From positions 1 through 64,000 of IMG/VR virus record IMGVR_UViG_3300000117_000009: a DNA stretch of 64,000 bases; one strand, written 5' to 3'. The DNA is from a virus. The notes below the pieces were generated by a model. That model was not told where the DNA came from and made no database searches. It worked only from the letters and a program-made list of their open reading frames with translations. This document shows positions 1 through 10,700 of the stretch, in pieces (position 1 is the first letter of the stretch; every line of letters starts with the position of its first letter). A program made the position numbers and the translations under genes.

Positions 1-2679
1 GCATCATCTATAGATGTTTTACCAGACGAAGATGCTATTGAGTTTAAGCAATTGCAAAATATTTCTTTAGTTCATAAGCTAACTTCAGCAATTAAGATGG
101 GTGATAGAGCAGTAGTAACAAATCCAGATGGTGATAGATTAGTTGGTAATGTAGGACAGAAATCTACAGCATTTGAACAAGGTGGCGGTGCTGCTAAGCC
201 TGTAATTAGAGGTTTGTTAATGTCACCTCAAGGTGTTATTCCTGCTATGGAACAAAGTGATGCTGCTTATAACGCATTATCAACAGAAAGACATAAGCAA
301 AGAGTAACACTTAATGATACTACATTTAGAAGTTTTGGTGCAGGTGCAGCGCAAATTGCAGGTTATGAAATTGGTAGTATTGCTGCTGATCAATCGTTTA
401 CTTTAGTTTTAAACGGTTTTAATAGTGAAGAAGAACCAAGTGTTTTGGCATGCTCATTTGATCCTGAAAGCGTTAACTATTTTGCAAAAGTTTTAAATAC
501 AGATCCAGAGCAAATTGAATCTCGCGGACATTATTTATATGCACATTGGGATGTTGATGGAAGAGTTGCAACACCATCAGATGTTGGTGTTCTTAAGCAA
601 GATGGTTCTTTAGCGAATATTTCAGAAGTAGGCTTCTGTTTACACTCTTCAGGTAACCCTAGAGAATCAGCAGCTTCAAAGCCTGACTTTGAGTCATTTG
701 ATACAAGATTTAAAACAGCATGTTCACCATATATTCAATCACAAGGCTTTGGTCAAGGTGGTGCAAAAGAATTTTATGACCTGTTTAAGCTACATGCATT
801 AGATGATGGTGCAGTTGCAAATGATAGATTTAGAGTTTTAATCTCAAACATTATTGCGCCTGCAGTTGAAGGTGACTACGGTTCATTTGACTTAGCATTA
901 GAGAGTTTTTACAGTGACCCAATTCAAGGTGAAGCTTTAATTGCTTGGAAGAGATTGAGTTTAGATCCTGATAGCAAAAACTTTATTGGTCGTATTATTG
1001 GTGATAAGCACATGTATTATGACTTTGATAGAGTGACTAGTAAACAAAGACTTGTTGAAGAAGGTGACTTTGATGTAAAGAACAATTATGTTCGCGTTGA
1101 AGTTAGTGAGCTAGTTAAAAGCAAAGAAGTTCCTTCATCATCTTTACCGTGTGGGTTTAAGAGCTACAGAACGCTAAATACAGAATTAGAGGATTTATTT
1201 AACGAACAAGGTGATAATAACGGAGCTAATAAATTACTTAAGGGTAATATTCTTGACGGGCTTAAGGTTTTACCTTTACCGCTTGTAAAGACAATAACAA
1301 GAGCATCTGGTGATGCTTTTGAGGCATCTGAAGCATTAGCTTGGGGTGTTAAATTTGCTAAGAAGCAAAGTGCTGAAGATCATAAAGAAACTAGCGAGAT
1401 TCGCTTTAACGATAGCATTAGATCTTGGACAAAGTTTTATCCAGGCATGGATGGCGCTAATTCGTTTGCTAAAGATTCATCAGAAAGTTTCTCGTTGGAA
1501 AGTATTGCTGTTGATGATCCTTCAAACATTAGTTGGGGTACATCTGAGTATGTTAGAAGTGGCCAAGACTCTGACTTGCCTTTAACAGATAAAGATGATG
1601 ATGCGCAAGCTAAAAAGGCATTCATTACTTTAAGTGATGCTGCTTCAGTTGGACGTAATGTACGTTATCTTAAGTTTAGATTTATTATGCAAGGCGGCTT
1701 TGACGGCTTAGATATTTTCAATAAAGAAAAAGCAGAAATGAGTTCACTTGCAGCACATCGTGAAGCCAGTGATGAAAACAATAACAATACGTTTACAGGT
1801 GTAACAGTGCAGGCATTTAGAAGAGCAATTGATGTTTTGGCTGACAAGAGCGCGACAGAGTTACAGCTTCTTGCAATTCCTGGTATGCGTGAGCCAGTTG
1901 TAACTGACTATGCAATTACTGCTTGCGAAAGTAGATTTGACGCAATGCTTGTTATGGATATCGAAGAAGTTGATCGAGGAAGTGCGATTATTGTTGATCC
2001 AGCAGTCAAGCCAAGTGTTTCACAGATAATAAACAACTTTGAGACAAGACGTCTAGATACGTCATTTGCTGCAGCATATTTCCCAGATGTTGTTATGCGT
2101 AGAAGTTCTAATGGCTCACCTCTTCAAGTTCCGCCTTCTGTAGGTATGCTTGGTGTTATGAGTTTAAATGATACTTTAGCTGATCCTTGGTTTGCACCAG
2201 CAGGTCTAACACGTGGTCGTTTAAATGCTCTTAACTCTAAAGTTCAAATGAACAGAGATGTTTTAAATGATCTTTATGATGCTGACATTAATCCTATTTA
2301 TGAGCCAGCTGGCCGTGCAGGTGAAGTTTATGCGTTTGGACAAAAGACTTTAATGCAAAGCCAATCTGCACTTGATCGAATTAATGTTCGTAGACTTTTA
2401 ATTAACTTGCGTCGTAAAGTTAAGAATATTGCTAATACTCTCTTGTTTGAGCCAAATAGAGCATCAACTCTTGCAAGATTTAGTTCACTCGTTGAGCCAA
2501 TCATGGCAGAAGTTCAAGCAAGACAAGGTGTTGAAAGATACAAGGTTCAAATTGACACCTCAACAACAACACAGAATGATGTAGAAAACAATACTATTCG
2601 TGGTAAAATTTATCTACAACCTACTAAATCAGTTGAATTTATTTCTCTTGATTTCGTAGTAACTAACTCAATTGACTAA
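1..2679 (+). CDS. Contractile tail sheath protein (5'-truncated by window edge)
   Basis: Frame is open from base 1. C-terminal sheath motifs: PWFAPAGLTRG, LYDADINPI, FGQKTL, DRINVRRLL, LFEPN, IYLQPTKSVEFISLDF. Directly followed by the tube gene. Confidence 0.95.
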   Translation, partial: ASSIDVLPDEDAIEFKQLQNISLVHKLTSAIKMGDRAVVTNPDGDRLVGNVGQKSTAFEQGGGAAKPVIRGLLMSPQGVIPAMEQSDAAYNALSTERHKQRVTLNDTTFRSFGAGAAQIAGYEIGSIAADQSFTLVLNGFNSEEEPSVLACSFDPESVNYFAKVLNTDPEQIESRGHYLYAHWDVDGRVATPSDVGVLKQDGSLANISEVGFCLHSSGNPRESAASKPDFESFDTRFKTACSPYIQSQGFGQGGAKEFYDLFKLHALDDGAVANDRFRVLISNIIAPAVEGDYGSFDLALESFYSDPIQGEALIAWKRLSLDPDSKNFIGRIIGDKHMYYDFDRVTSKQRLVEEGDFDVKNNYVRVEVSELVKSKEVPSSSLPCGFKSYRTLNTELEDLFNEQGDNNGANKLLKGNILDGLKVLPLPLVKTITRASGDAFEASEALAWGVKFAKKQSAEDHKETSEIRFNDSIRSWTKFYPGMDGANSFAKDSSESFSLESIAVDDPSNISWGTSEYVRSGQDSDLPLTDKDDDAQAKKAFITLSDAASVGRNVRYLKFRFIMQGGFDGLDIFNKEKAEMSSLAAHREASDENNNNTFTGVTVQAFRRAIDVLADKSATELQLLAIPGMREPVVTDYAITACESRFDAMLVMDIEEVDRGSAIIVDPAVKPSVSQIINNFETRRLDTSFAAAYFPDVVMRRSSNGSPLQVPPSVGMLGVMSLNDTLADPWFAPAGLTRGRLNALNSKVQMNRDVLNDLYDADINPIYEPAGRAGEVYAFGQKTLMQSQSALDRINVRRLLINLRRKVKNIANTLLFEPNRASTLARFSSLVEPIMAEVQARQGVERYKVQIDTSTTTQNDVENNTIRGKIYLQPTKSVEFISLDFVVTNSID

Positions 2680-2716
2680 TATATAGATTATATAATAATT
2701 TTTAGGAGAAAACAAA

Positions 2717-3208
2717 ATGGCAGAGACACTTTCAGTCACGGAAATGATTCCAAATAAGTTTGAGCCGAAGAGAAAGAATCGATGGATCTTTGCGATTGAA
2801 GGTATCGATGCTTTTCTTATTAAAAGTGCTGCAAGACCGCAGTTTACAAGCTCAGCTCAAGAAATTAACTTTATTAATAGCACAAGATATGTAGCAGGTA
2901 AAATGAAGTTTGGTACACTTAGTGTTACTATGCACGATCCAATTGCACCTAGTGGTGCACAGCAAGTTATGGAGTGGGTTCGTACACACTTTGAGTCTGT
3001 TAGTGGTCGCGCAGGCTACGCAGATTTCTACAAAAGAGATTGTCAACTTAAAATGCTTGATCCAGTAGGTACTGTAGTTGAGCTTTGGGATATTAAAGGC
3101 GCACAAATTAATTCTGCAAACTTTGGAGACGTAGGCTACGATGATGAAGGAACTCCAATGGAGATTCAGCTCGAACTTCAATTTGATAACTGTGTACTGC
3201 AATACTAA
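2717..3208 (+). CDS. Tail tube protein (T4 gp19-like)
   Basis: 163 aa, directly after the sheath. FEPKRKNRW, YVAGK, LKMLDPVGTVVELWDIKGA, LQFDNC. Strong RBS AGGAG upstream. Confidence 0.92.
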   Translation: MAETLSVTEMIPNKFEPKRKNRWIFAIEGIDAFLIKSAARPQFTSSAQEINFINSTRYVAGKMKFGTLSVTMHDPIAPSGAQQVMEWVRTHFESVSGRAGYADFYKRDCQLKMLDPVGTVVELWDIKGAQINSANFGDVGYDDEGTPMEIQLELQFDNCVLQY

Positions 3209-3299
3209 ATATTAAAGCTACAAAATCTAAATTTAAGATTTTATAAATTTTTTTTAGGCCTATTTATAAATAAATTAAAAACAATAAATAGGACAGTAT

Positions 3300-6200
3300 A
3301 TGGCTAACATATCAAATGAACCATTATCAGTTAAAATATTAACGCAAAGAGTTTTTAAGACACCTGAGTTTATTAGCTTGTCAGCAGACAATATTGGACT
3401 TGCTGGTCCTTCACAAAAAGGACCAGCATTTGTGCCTCAAACTTTTACATCATTCGAAGAAAGCGAAACTATACTCAATTCTTATGAGAACGTTTTTGGT
3501 AAAATTGATGATTTGTTAGAAGTAAATCAGACTCAGTTTGCTGTCTATGAAAGTTTTAATCAAGGAGCTGAACAAGTTACTTTTGTTAGAGGTCTTGGCG
3601 CTGGTTTAACAGGTATACCAGAAGAAAGTGGCATTGTTAGCGGGAGTGGTTTTTTTGTCGGGAAACAAGTAGTTAGTGGATCATCGACAAATAATATACT
3701 TGGATCTAATAAATTTTCTAGTGGTGACTATGAAGGCAAAGTTAATTTCATATGTACAGCATATCAAAACAACAATATAACAGATATTGATAATAATGAT
3801 GTTCCCACAATATGTTCTTCAAACGATTATCTTGAGCAGATAGGTTATAATAACGATGAAGATATAGGATATCTGATTAATCATGCGATAATGTGTCCAA
3901 GTGGAAGTCGTCTTTTACTTACAGAAGAAATAAACCTAGCTGAAAGAACGAGACTAAGATTTGATGCTGAAAATATAGTTAATGACAACAATGATCTAAA
4001 AAGCTTTTCTACATTTGAAAGACCTGACATATTTGTTGCTAATTTGTTAGAAGTAGAAAGAAATCTTATTTTAGACTATAAACAAGTTACACTTACCAAT
4101 ACAGTTAGAACATATTCAGAAAGCAGCTTTAATTTTAATGTAGCAAACTTTTTGCATAAAGGGCACTTAAACTATGGTGCATTTATTAAAAACAAAAACG
4201 ACGCAAAAATATTAAATACACCTAATAGTCGAAAGCACTTTGTTGCAACAGGAAGTAATGATGCTAATACTCCAGTTTATGAAAACTTTGTAAGTTCTTA
4301 TAAAACAGCAAAAACTCCTTGGATATTATCACAACCCTTAGATAGAAACGGAATTGAAGATAATAGACAGAACATATTTAACAAATGTGTTAAATTATTT
4401 AGATTTCATTCTCTTGACGACGGAGAAGCAGGTAATCATTATAGAATTAGAGTTACACCGCAGAAGCTTGGAGATAATAAAATAAAGCTTTGGTCAAAAT
4501 TTAGTGTTAAGGTGTCTTTTTATAATTTGCAAAAAAATAAATTTAACGATCTCTTTGAATACACAAATTTAAATTTAGACCCTCAGAGTAAAGATTATAT
4601 TGGAAGAGTTTTTGGTACAAAAAGAGAATATTATAATTTTCATACAAAAAAAGTTGAAACAGAAGGCTTGTATGAAAATACAAATAATCATTTAAGAGTT
4701 GAAATAAGTGATGATGTCGAATTTGAGCTTTTAAAGAGCTATGAAGTAATACCTTCAGGATTTATGCCTTATCCTCGATTAAACACAAGCGGATTATCAA
4801 TTAATATTGATGATAATACTGAAAACAATAAAACTCCAAAACAAGTACCTCTAAGTTACAACTGTAATCTACTAAGAGATAATAGCGGTGCTTTACTTGA
4901 AGACAAGTACTGGGGTGTTTGTTTTGACAAGTATGTAAGAAAAAAATTAGACGAAACACTTGCATTAAACGGACAAAATTATGATTTGTTTTATAATCAT
5001 GTTGTAGTTAATAATGTTATTGAATTGTTTAAAAAAGAAATAAAAAATTATTATTTTTATACAAAATATTTTCAAAACACTTACTTAAATAAAGATTTAA
5101 ATTCTTGGGTTACTGATCTTGAAGACAACAACGAAGATATTACGAATGCTCTTTTTCATTTAGAAAAAATATTCTATGCAGATTCACACTTGTCTGAAGT
5201 AAATAATGGTGATGTAGATGAAAATAAAATTTGGAAATTTTCTATTTATAGAAGAGACGGTAAAAAAATCAGTGATATTTCTTCTTTAGGGACTGCTGGC
5301 AATCAATTTAGTTATGTCAATATAGATGAGTTTTTAAGGACAGAAGATGAAAATGATAGTAATCATTCACAATATCTCTCTTTTGATTTTTTTACTTATG
5401 GCGGCTTTGATGGAATAAACATTCTTGATAATGACAAAAGAAAGATGAGTCAAACTGCTTTTGTCAGAGAAAGTGAAGATGAAACAAATAGTCAAATTTA
5501 TTCTGGTCCGACAACGTTTATATACGATACTTTACATGACGTTATTACAGATGATGGTGATTGTGACATACAAGTCTTATCATTTCCAGAAATAGGTCAT
5601 CATAATTTTAACAAAAAAGTTTCTAATAAAGCAGGTGAAGAGCAAAGATATTTAACTGTTCTCAATACTCCGGAGTTTGTAGTTGAAAAAGATGAAAGCA
5701 GTAATATAACAGGCTCAGGGATTCTAAAAGATTATAACTTTTTTATTACTGAGCCTGAAGCTTTGACAATAGACGATCCAAGAAGAAATACATTAGGTAA
5801 TGAAAATATTGGCGAAGAGTTATCTGATGGGATTGCATTAACGCTTTCAGCTTCTTTATCAAAATACTATAACAACAAATTTACAGTTAGCTTTTGTAAT
5901 ACATTAAACTCTGTTATTGAAAATTCACGTAATATTTTAGATACAAAATTTGTTATGATGCCTAGCTATCTTGGAATTAAATTAATAGCTGGAAATATAA
6001 ATAGACCGTTTGACAGTATTGAATCTAGTGACTTAGTAGATAGTAGAGTTAGAATTGATAGCATATTTAATATAACATTTCAAAGTTTATTTAATAATAA
6101 TTTTTCTAGAGTAGTAAAAAATTCTATAAGCACAAATAGCTCTATAAACTATATGGTAGGTCATATTGAGTCTGAAGGTGTGGCAAATATTAAACCAAAT

Positions 6201-6626
6201 TCTTCAAATACAGCTATTTTTAATAGAAATAGTCTTAATAGGTTAAGCCACAATACTAGAATCATGTTAGATATAAAGAAAAAAATTAAATACGCTATTT
6301 TATTAAATGATATGTTATTTAATCAAAATGTAAATCAACAACCTTTAAATAGTAGACTAAATTTTTTACTAAATAATATTTTAACTCAATATAAACAAAG
6401 AAAAATAATAAGTGATTATTTTGTAAGTATAAATCCTGGAACTGATAGTCTTAGTAGAAGAAAAAGATTATTTAATATTTTAAGTACTACAGTCGCAATT
6501 TCTCTTTTTGGAATAAGAGAAGACAATAGCATTCAAGAATTCAAACTTTCAGATATTATTAGAATTGCACAAAATAGTTTAACAGAAACAAGTAATCAAG
6601 ATATAATAGAAGTAAACGTAAGATAA
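3300..6626 (+). CDS. Second, divergent tail sheath-like protein
   Basis: Collinear motifs with the first sheath: KTAKTPWILSQ/KTACSPYIQSQ, LFRFHSLDDG/LFKLHALDDG, LDPQSKDYIGRVFG/LDPDSKNFIGRIIG, GGFDGINI/GGFDGLDI. Also N-terminal sheath motif GPSQKGPAFVP. Confidence 0.85.
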   Translation: MANISNEPLSVKILTQRVFKTPEFISLSADNIGLAGPSQKGPAFVPQTFTSFEESETILNSYENVFGKIDDLLEVNQTQFAVYESFNQGAEQVTFVRGLGAGLTGIPEESGIVSGSGFFVGKQVVSGSSTNNILGSNKFSSGDYEGKVNFICTAYQNNNITDIDNNDVPTICSSNDYLEQIGYNNDEDIGYLINHAIMCPSGSRLLLTEEINLAERTRLRFDAENIVNDNNDLKSFSTFERPDIFVANLLEVERNLILDYKQVTLTNTVRTYSESSFNFNVANFLHKGHLNYGAFIKNKNDAKILNTPNSRKHFVATGSNDANTPVYENFVSSYKTAKTPWILSQPLDRNGIEDNRQNIFNKCVKLFRFHSLDDGEAGNHYRIRVTPQKLGDNKIKLWSKFSVKVSFYNLQKNKFNDLFEYTNLNLDPQSKDYIGRVFGTKREYYNFHTKKVETEGLYENTNNHLRVEISDDVEFELLKSYEVIPSGFMPYPRLNTSGLSINIDDNTENNKTPKQVPLSYNCNLLRDNSGALLEDKYWGVCFDKYVRKKLDETLALNGQNYDLFYNHVVVNNVIELFKKEIKNYYFYTKYFQNTYLNKDLNSWVTDLEDNNEDITNALFHLEKIFYADSHLSEVNNGDVDENKIWKFSIYRRDGKKISDISSLGTAGNQFSYVNIDEFLRTEDENDSNHSQYLSFDFFTYGGFDGINILDNDKRKMSQTAFVRESEDETNSQIYSGPTTFIYDTLHDVITDDGDCDIQVLSFPEIGHHNFNKKVSNKAGEEQRYLTVLNTPEFVVEKDESSNITGSGILKDYNFFITEPEALTIDDPRRNTLGNENIGEELSDGIALTLSASLSKYYNNKFTVSFCNTLNSVIENSRNILDTKFVMMPSYLGIKLIAGNINRPFDSIESSDLVDSRVRIDSIFNITFQSLFNNNFSRVVKNSISTNSSINYMVGHIESEGVANIKPNSSNTAIFNRNSLNRLSHNTRIMLDIKKKIKYAILLNDMLFNQNVNQQPLNSRLNFLLNNILTQYKQRKIISDYFVSINPGTDSLSRRKRLFNILSTTVAISLFGIREDNSIQEFKLSDIIRIAQNSLTETSNQDIIEVNVR

Positions 6627-6647
6627 ATAAATTTGGAGAATTTATAT

Positions 6648-7487
6648 ATGAACAATCTAGATCAGCCAATCGATCACAATGAAGTAACTTCCCAGGGTAT
6701 GCAAAGTTCTAATGTTGCAAAAGACGACTTTGGACTAGAAATACCTACAGAGTTAGTACCTTTGCCTTCAAAAGGCGTAATTTATCCTGTAGAAAGTTCT
6801 CTCCATGGAAAAGAGTCACTTGAAATTCGTCCTATGACAGCTAAAGAAGAAGATATTCTTATGTCGAGAGCTTACATTAAAAAAGGTATTGTAATTGAAA
6901 AATTAATTGAAAGTTGTCTTGTAGACAAGTCAATTAATGCAAACGAATTAATTGCAGGAGATAAGAATGCATTAATGGTTGCGCTAAGAATTACTGGTTA
7001 CGGTGCTGAGTATAATGTTGACATTACATGTCCAAGTTGCGGTGCACAAAATGATCATGTTTTTGACTTATCAACTTTACCAATTAAAACTTTGAGTGTA
7101 GAACCTACAGAGTTTGGTAGCAACTCTTTTGAGATAGTTTTGCCAATGACAAAAAAGCCTGTGGTTGTAAAATTTTTGAACGGCTTTGATGACAAAGAAA
7201 TTGCTACTATCACAGAAAGAAAAAAGAAAAAAGGCATTAGAACAAACTCAACAGTTACTGACCGCTTGAAGTATTCAATAATTTCTGTCGATGGCATTAA
7301 AGATAAAAACAAGATTAGCTTTTTTGTAAAAAATATGCCCGCAAGAGATTCTCTTGCATTAAGGAACTTCTTAGATAAACATGAACCAGGCGTCGAAATG
7401 TCAGGTATGTTTACATGCGATTCATGTTTTGAAGAAAGTGAGGTTAGCATACCTATCACAAGTCAGTTTTTTTGGCCTGACGCCTGA
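6648..7487 (+). CDS. Tail/baseplate assembly chaperone (T4 gp26-like), two CxxC motifs
   Basis: ELVPLPSKG, EIRPMTAKEEDIL, GDKNALMVALRITGYG, CPSC, CDSC; ends FFWP. Lies just before the tape measure. ATG 6648 has a GGAG RBS (ORF track uses TTG 6633). Confidence 0.8.
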   Translation: MNNLDQPIDHNEVTSQGMQSSNVAKDDFGLEIPTELVPLPSKGVIYPVESSLHGKESLEIRPMTAKEEDILMSRAYIKKGIVIEKLIESCLVDKSINANELIAGDKNALMVALRITGYGAEYNVDITCPSCGAQNDHVFDLSTLPIKTLSVEPTEFGSNSFEIVLPMTKKPVVVKFLNGFDDKEIATITERKKKKGIRTNSTVTDRLKYSIISVDGIKDKNKISFFVKNMPARDSLALRNFLDKHEPGVEMSGMFTCDSCFEESEVSIPITSQFFWPDA

Positions 7488-7695
7488 TTTTAGACAGTAT
7501 CAAATGGAAGAATTTTATGTTCTAATAAGACAGCTAAATTTTTCCTATAGTGACATTTACATTCTTCCTGTTTGGAAAAGACGCTGGTTTTTAAGAAAGT
7601 TTATGGATGATTTAGAAAAGCAAAGAAATAAACTAAATCAGTCTTCAGCTAAAAATATTCCTTCTCGAAATAACTCTAAAAGAATATTTAAATAA
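7468..7695 (+). CDS. C-terminal extension of the tail assembly chaperone (+1 frame; gp51/gpGT-like)
   Basis: EEFYVLIRQLNFSYSDIYILPVWKRRWFL resembles chaperone extensions. Overlaps the upstream ORF at a T7 run (7467-7473). The in-frame ATG 7504 has no clear RBS. Confidence 0.7.
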   Translation, partial: FFGLTPDFRQYQMEEFYVLIRQLNFSYSDIYILPVWKRRWFLRKFMDDLEKQRNKLNQSSAKNIPSRNNSKRIFK

Positions 7696-7717
7696 ATAGT
7701 TTACAAAGAGGTTTAAA

Positions 7718-10700
7718 ATGTCAGATCCCGATCCAAAAAGTGGAGGTCTTACCCCAGAAGAAGAAAGTAAGTTTGGAAGAAAGGCTAACGAAAGAAGAAA
7801 ACAGTCACAAAGCGAACTAAACAAGAAACTTCAAGACGGCAACGATATTTTAGAAAAGTCTAAAAGAAAAACAAACCAGTGGGCTGACAATATTGACAAT
7901 GCTATTAATAAAACTAAAAAATGGGCTTCTGAGCAAAAAGACATACTAATGGCCTTGACAGCTCTAAATGCAGCTTTGTCTGTTGGCACAAAGCTCTTTA
8001 AGGGCTTTACTTTTGTTTTAAATAAAGTAATATCTACTGCATCTGTTTTTATAAAGTCTATGACTACAATGCCTATTATTATCGGTAATATGGCGGGAAA
8101 GTTAGGGAATACAGTAAGAACAGAAATTACTGAAGTTCTTGGAAATGCTACTGAAGGTTTAAAAGAATTTTTCGACACAGCATCAAACGGAGGCGGTGCT
8201 GTATTAAATTTAGGTAGAATAGCTACGAGTTCACTTGGATCTTTTCAAAGCGTAAACAGTGAGTTAACAAAGCTTTTTGGTTATGGCGCATCAGGTGCTT
8301 CAAACATGATTCAGCAATTAGGTCAAGGTATTAACAGTATGGGAGTATTTGCTGAGCTTTTTGCTGAATCTACAACACAAAGTACACAGTCTATAATTTA
8401 CTTTCAAAAAATGACTAAAGGCTTAGGTATGTCTGCAGAAGATACTAAGTACATTACTTTAGAAGCAGCAAAAAATGGAGAACATTATTTTGATACAATG
8501 TTAAGAGTTAAAAATGCTGCAGATGATGCTAGTAAAAAATTTGGAATTAATAGAAAAAGACTTTCAATGGGATTTTTCGACCTAAGGAAAGACATTGTAA
8601 ATTTTGGGCACTTATCAGAACCCGCATTAATGGCAGTTGTAGGCAAAGCATCACAATTAGGTGTTTCTATGGAATCTCTTAAAGGCGTTTTTTCAAAGTT
8701 TGATACATTTGAAAGTGCTGCTTCTAGTGCAGCTCAATTACAACAAGCTTTTGGTATGAATGTTGACGCTTTAAAACTAATTAAAGCTGAAGATCCTACG
8801 GAAATTGTAGAGATGTTTAGACAGTCGATGTTAATGACGGGAAGATCTTTTGATGACTTAAACAGACATGAAAAATCATTAATGGCATCACATACAGGAA
8901 TGTCAGCTGAAACGCTTAAGTCTGTCATGAATTATAGAACACTAGGCAAGTCTTTTGAAGAAATTAAAAAGATCATGAATGATCAAAAGCCTGAAGAACG
9001 CCATATAAAAGCTATGAAAGATATGAACAGCTCAGTAACTGAAGTCAAAAAAACAATAGAAGGAAAAGGATTTTTTGAAAACTTTGCTGATGGTGTAAAA
9101 ACTACTATAATGTACAATTCAAAACTAGGTAAAAGTTATAGAAATGTTTCTAAAAGAATGGAGCAATTTTATGAAGAAGGCCTTAGTTTAAACAAGGCAC
9201 AGAAAAAAATGCTTAATCAAGCCTTAAGTCCTCTTACAAATATAGTTGATAGTATTATTGGTAAAAACGGCCCCTTCAGCAAAGGAACATTCACTAAATT
9301 TAAAAACCAGGCTCTAAAGCAACTTTCTGAGTTTACAAAAGATGTATTTGGTGATTCAAAAGGGAGAGGAAAAAAAGACATTAGAGACGCTCAATCTAAA
9401 TGGCAAAAAAAATTAAAAAATATTCTTTCTTTTGACAACATAATGAAAGATCAAAGTTTTTTAGGAAAAATATATAGAACGTCAGGAAAAATAATTGGTG
9501 TATTAATTAGAGGCTTAGTCGTCGCAGTACCAGCAGTTGCAAACGCTGTAGGCGAATTTTTTACTCAAGGCCTCTCACGTATTGATGATGTTTTTGACTC
9601 AAACTCAGGCATGGGTCGTAAAATTAAAAAATGGTTAGGCTTTAGCGACGAAGAGGCACCAAAAATATTTGAATCTATTAACACTGCACTTAAAGACATG
9701 AAAGAAACATTTTTAGGAAAGTCTGGCAAAGACGGCGTTATTTCTCGTGCTTTAAATTATTCTTTATCTATTTTTAGAAATTTGGGTAAGTTGATAGTTG
9801 ATGGTATCGTAGACAATAAAGACGTTTTATTTGAACTTTTTGATGATTTAACTTTAGGATTCTTTTCTAATTTTGATAAATATGCGTCTCGATCGTCATT
9901 TTTCTCGATGTTTTATGACGAAGATAAAATGTTAGGAATGGGTAAAAAAGCACTCATGGAGAAAGCAAAAAGAGAAGGTGCAGAAAATGTCATTAACGAA
10001 AAGCTTGCAGAACTAGGTGACAGAGATCAGCAAGAAAGTATAGGGGATTCTGTAGATGAAGGACAGCATTACCTTTTAGGAGAAATTTCTGGTTTAGCAA
10101 GACTAATCTCACGAGGCGACAAAGACAAGCGGCTTGATAAAGCACAAAACGATCTCTTGTTCTCCTTGCAGTCTACTGCAGAGGGCTCTGCTGGGCTGTT
10201 TATTCAAGACATGTTTGAAGGCGGAGAGGATAAATTTGACATTTCAGCAAAAAGTAAAGAAATGGATAAACTCTTTGGAGAAGGATCAGCTAAAGCAATT
10301 AATAAAATGTATAATGATCGTGTCACAGAACTTAACAAATTATTCATAGCCCAAGGAATGAGTGAAGGTGATGCGGCCAAGAGAGCTGGCGACAAAGCTA
10401 AGAATGATGGCGGTAGAATAGGAATGATGATGGAGCTTGTTCAAAAAAGACTAGGTGATATAAGAAGAGAATCTACTATGTCTGATGAACAAATACGTGT
10501 TAGAGATGATCAGAAAATGCTTGACGGCCTTTTTCAAGCAGCCAATAAAAGAGAAAGAGAAGTTGCTGAATTAAATCAAATTAGCCCAGACAATTACTAT
10601 GCAGCAAATTATGACGAAGGCTATCACGGTGAACATACAATTAAAAATGCTAAGACTGGTGAAGCTGTTAAAATGCAAGTTGGTGCTGCTACAGCTGATG

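Noticed and set aside
3222-3256. Intrinsic terminator after the tube gene (AAAATCT/AGATTTT plus T run)
   Set aside because: The stem is almost all A-T and the T run is offset; too weak to call without folding or transcript data.
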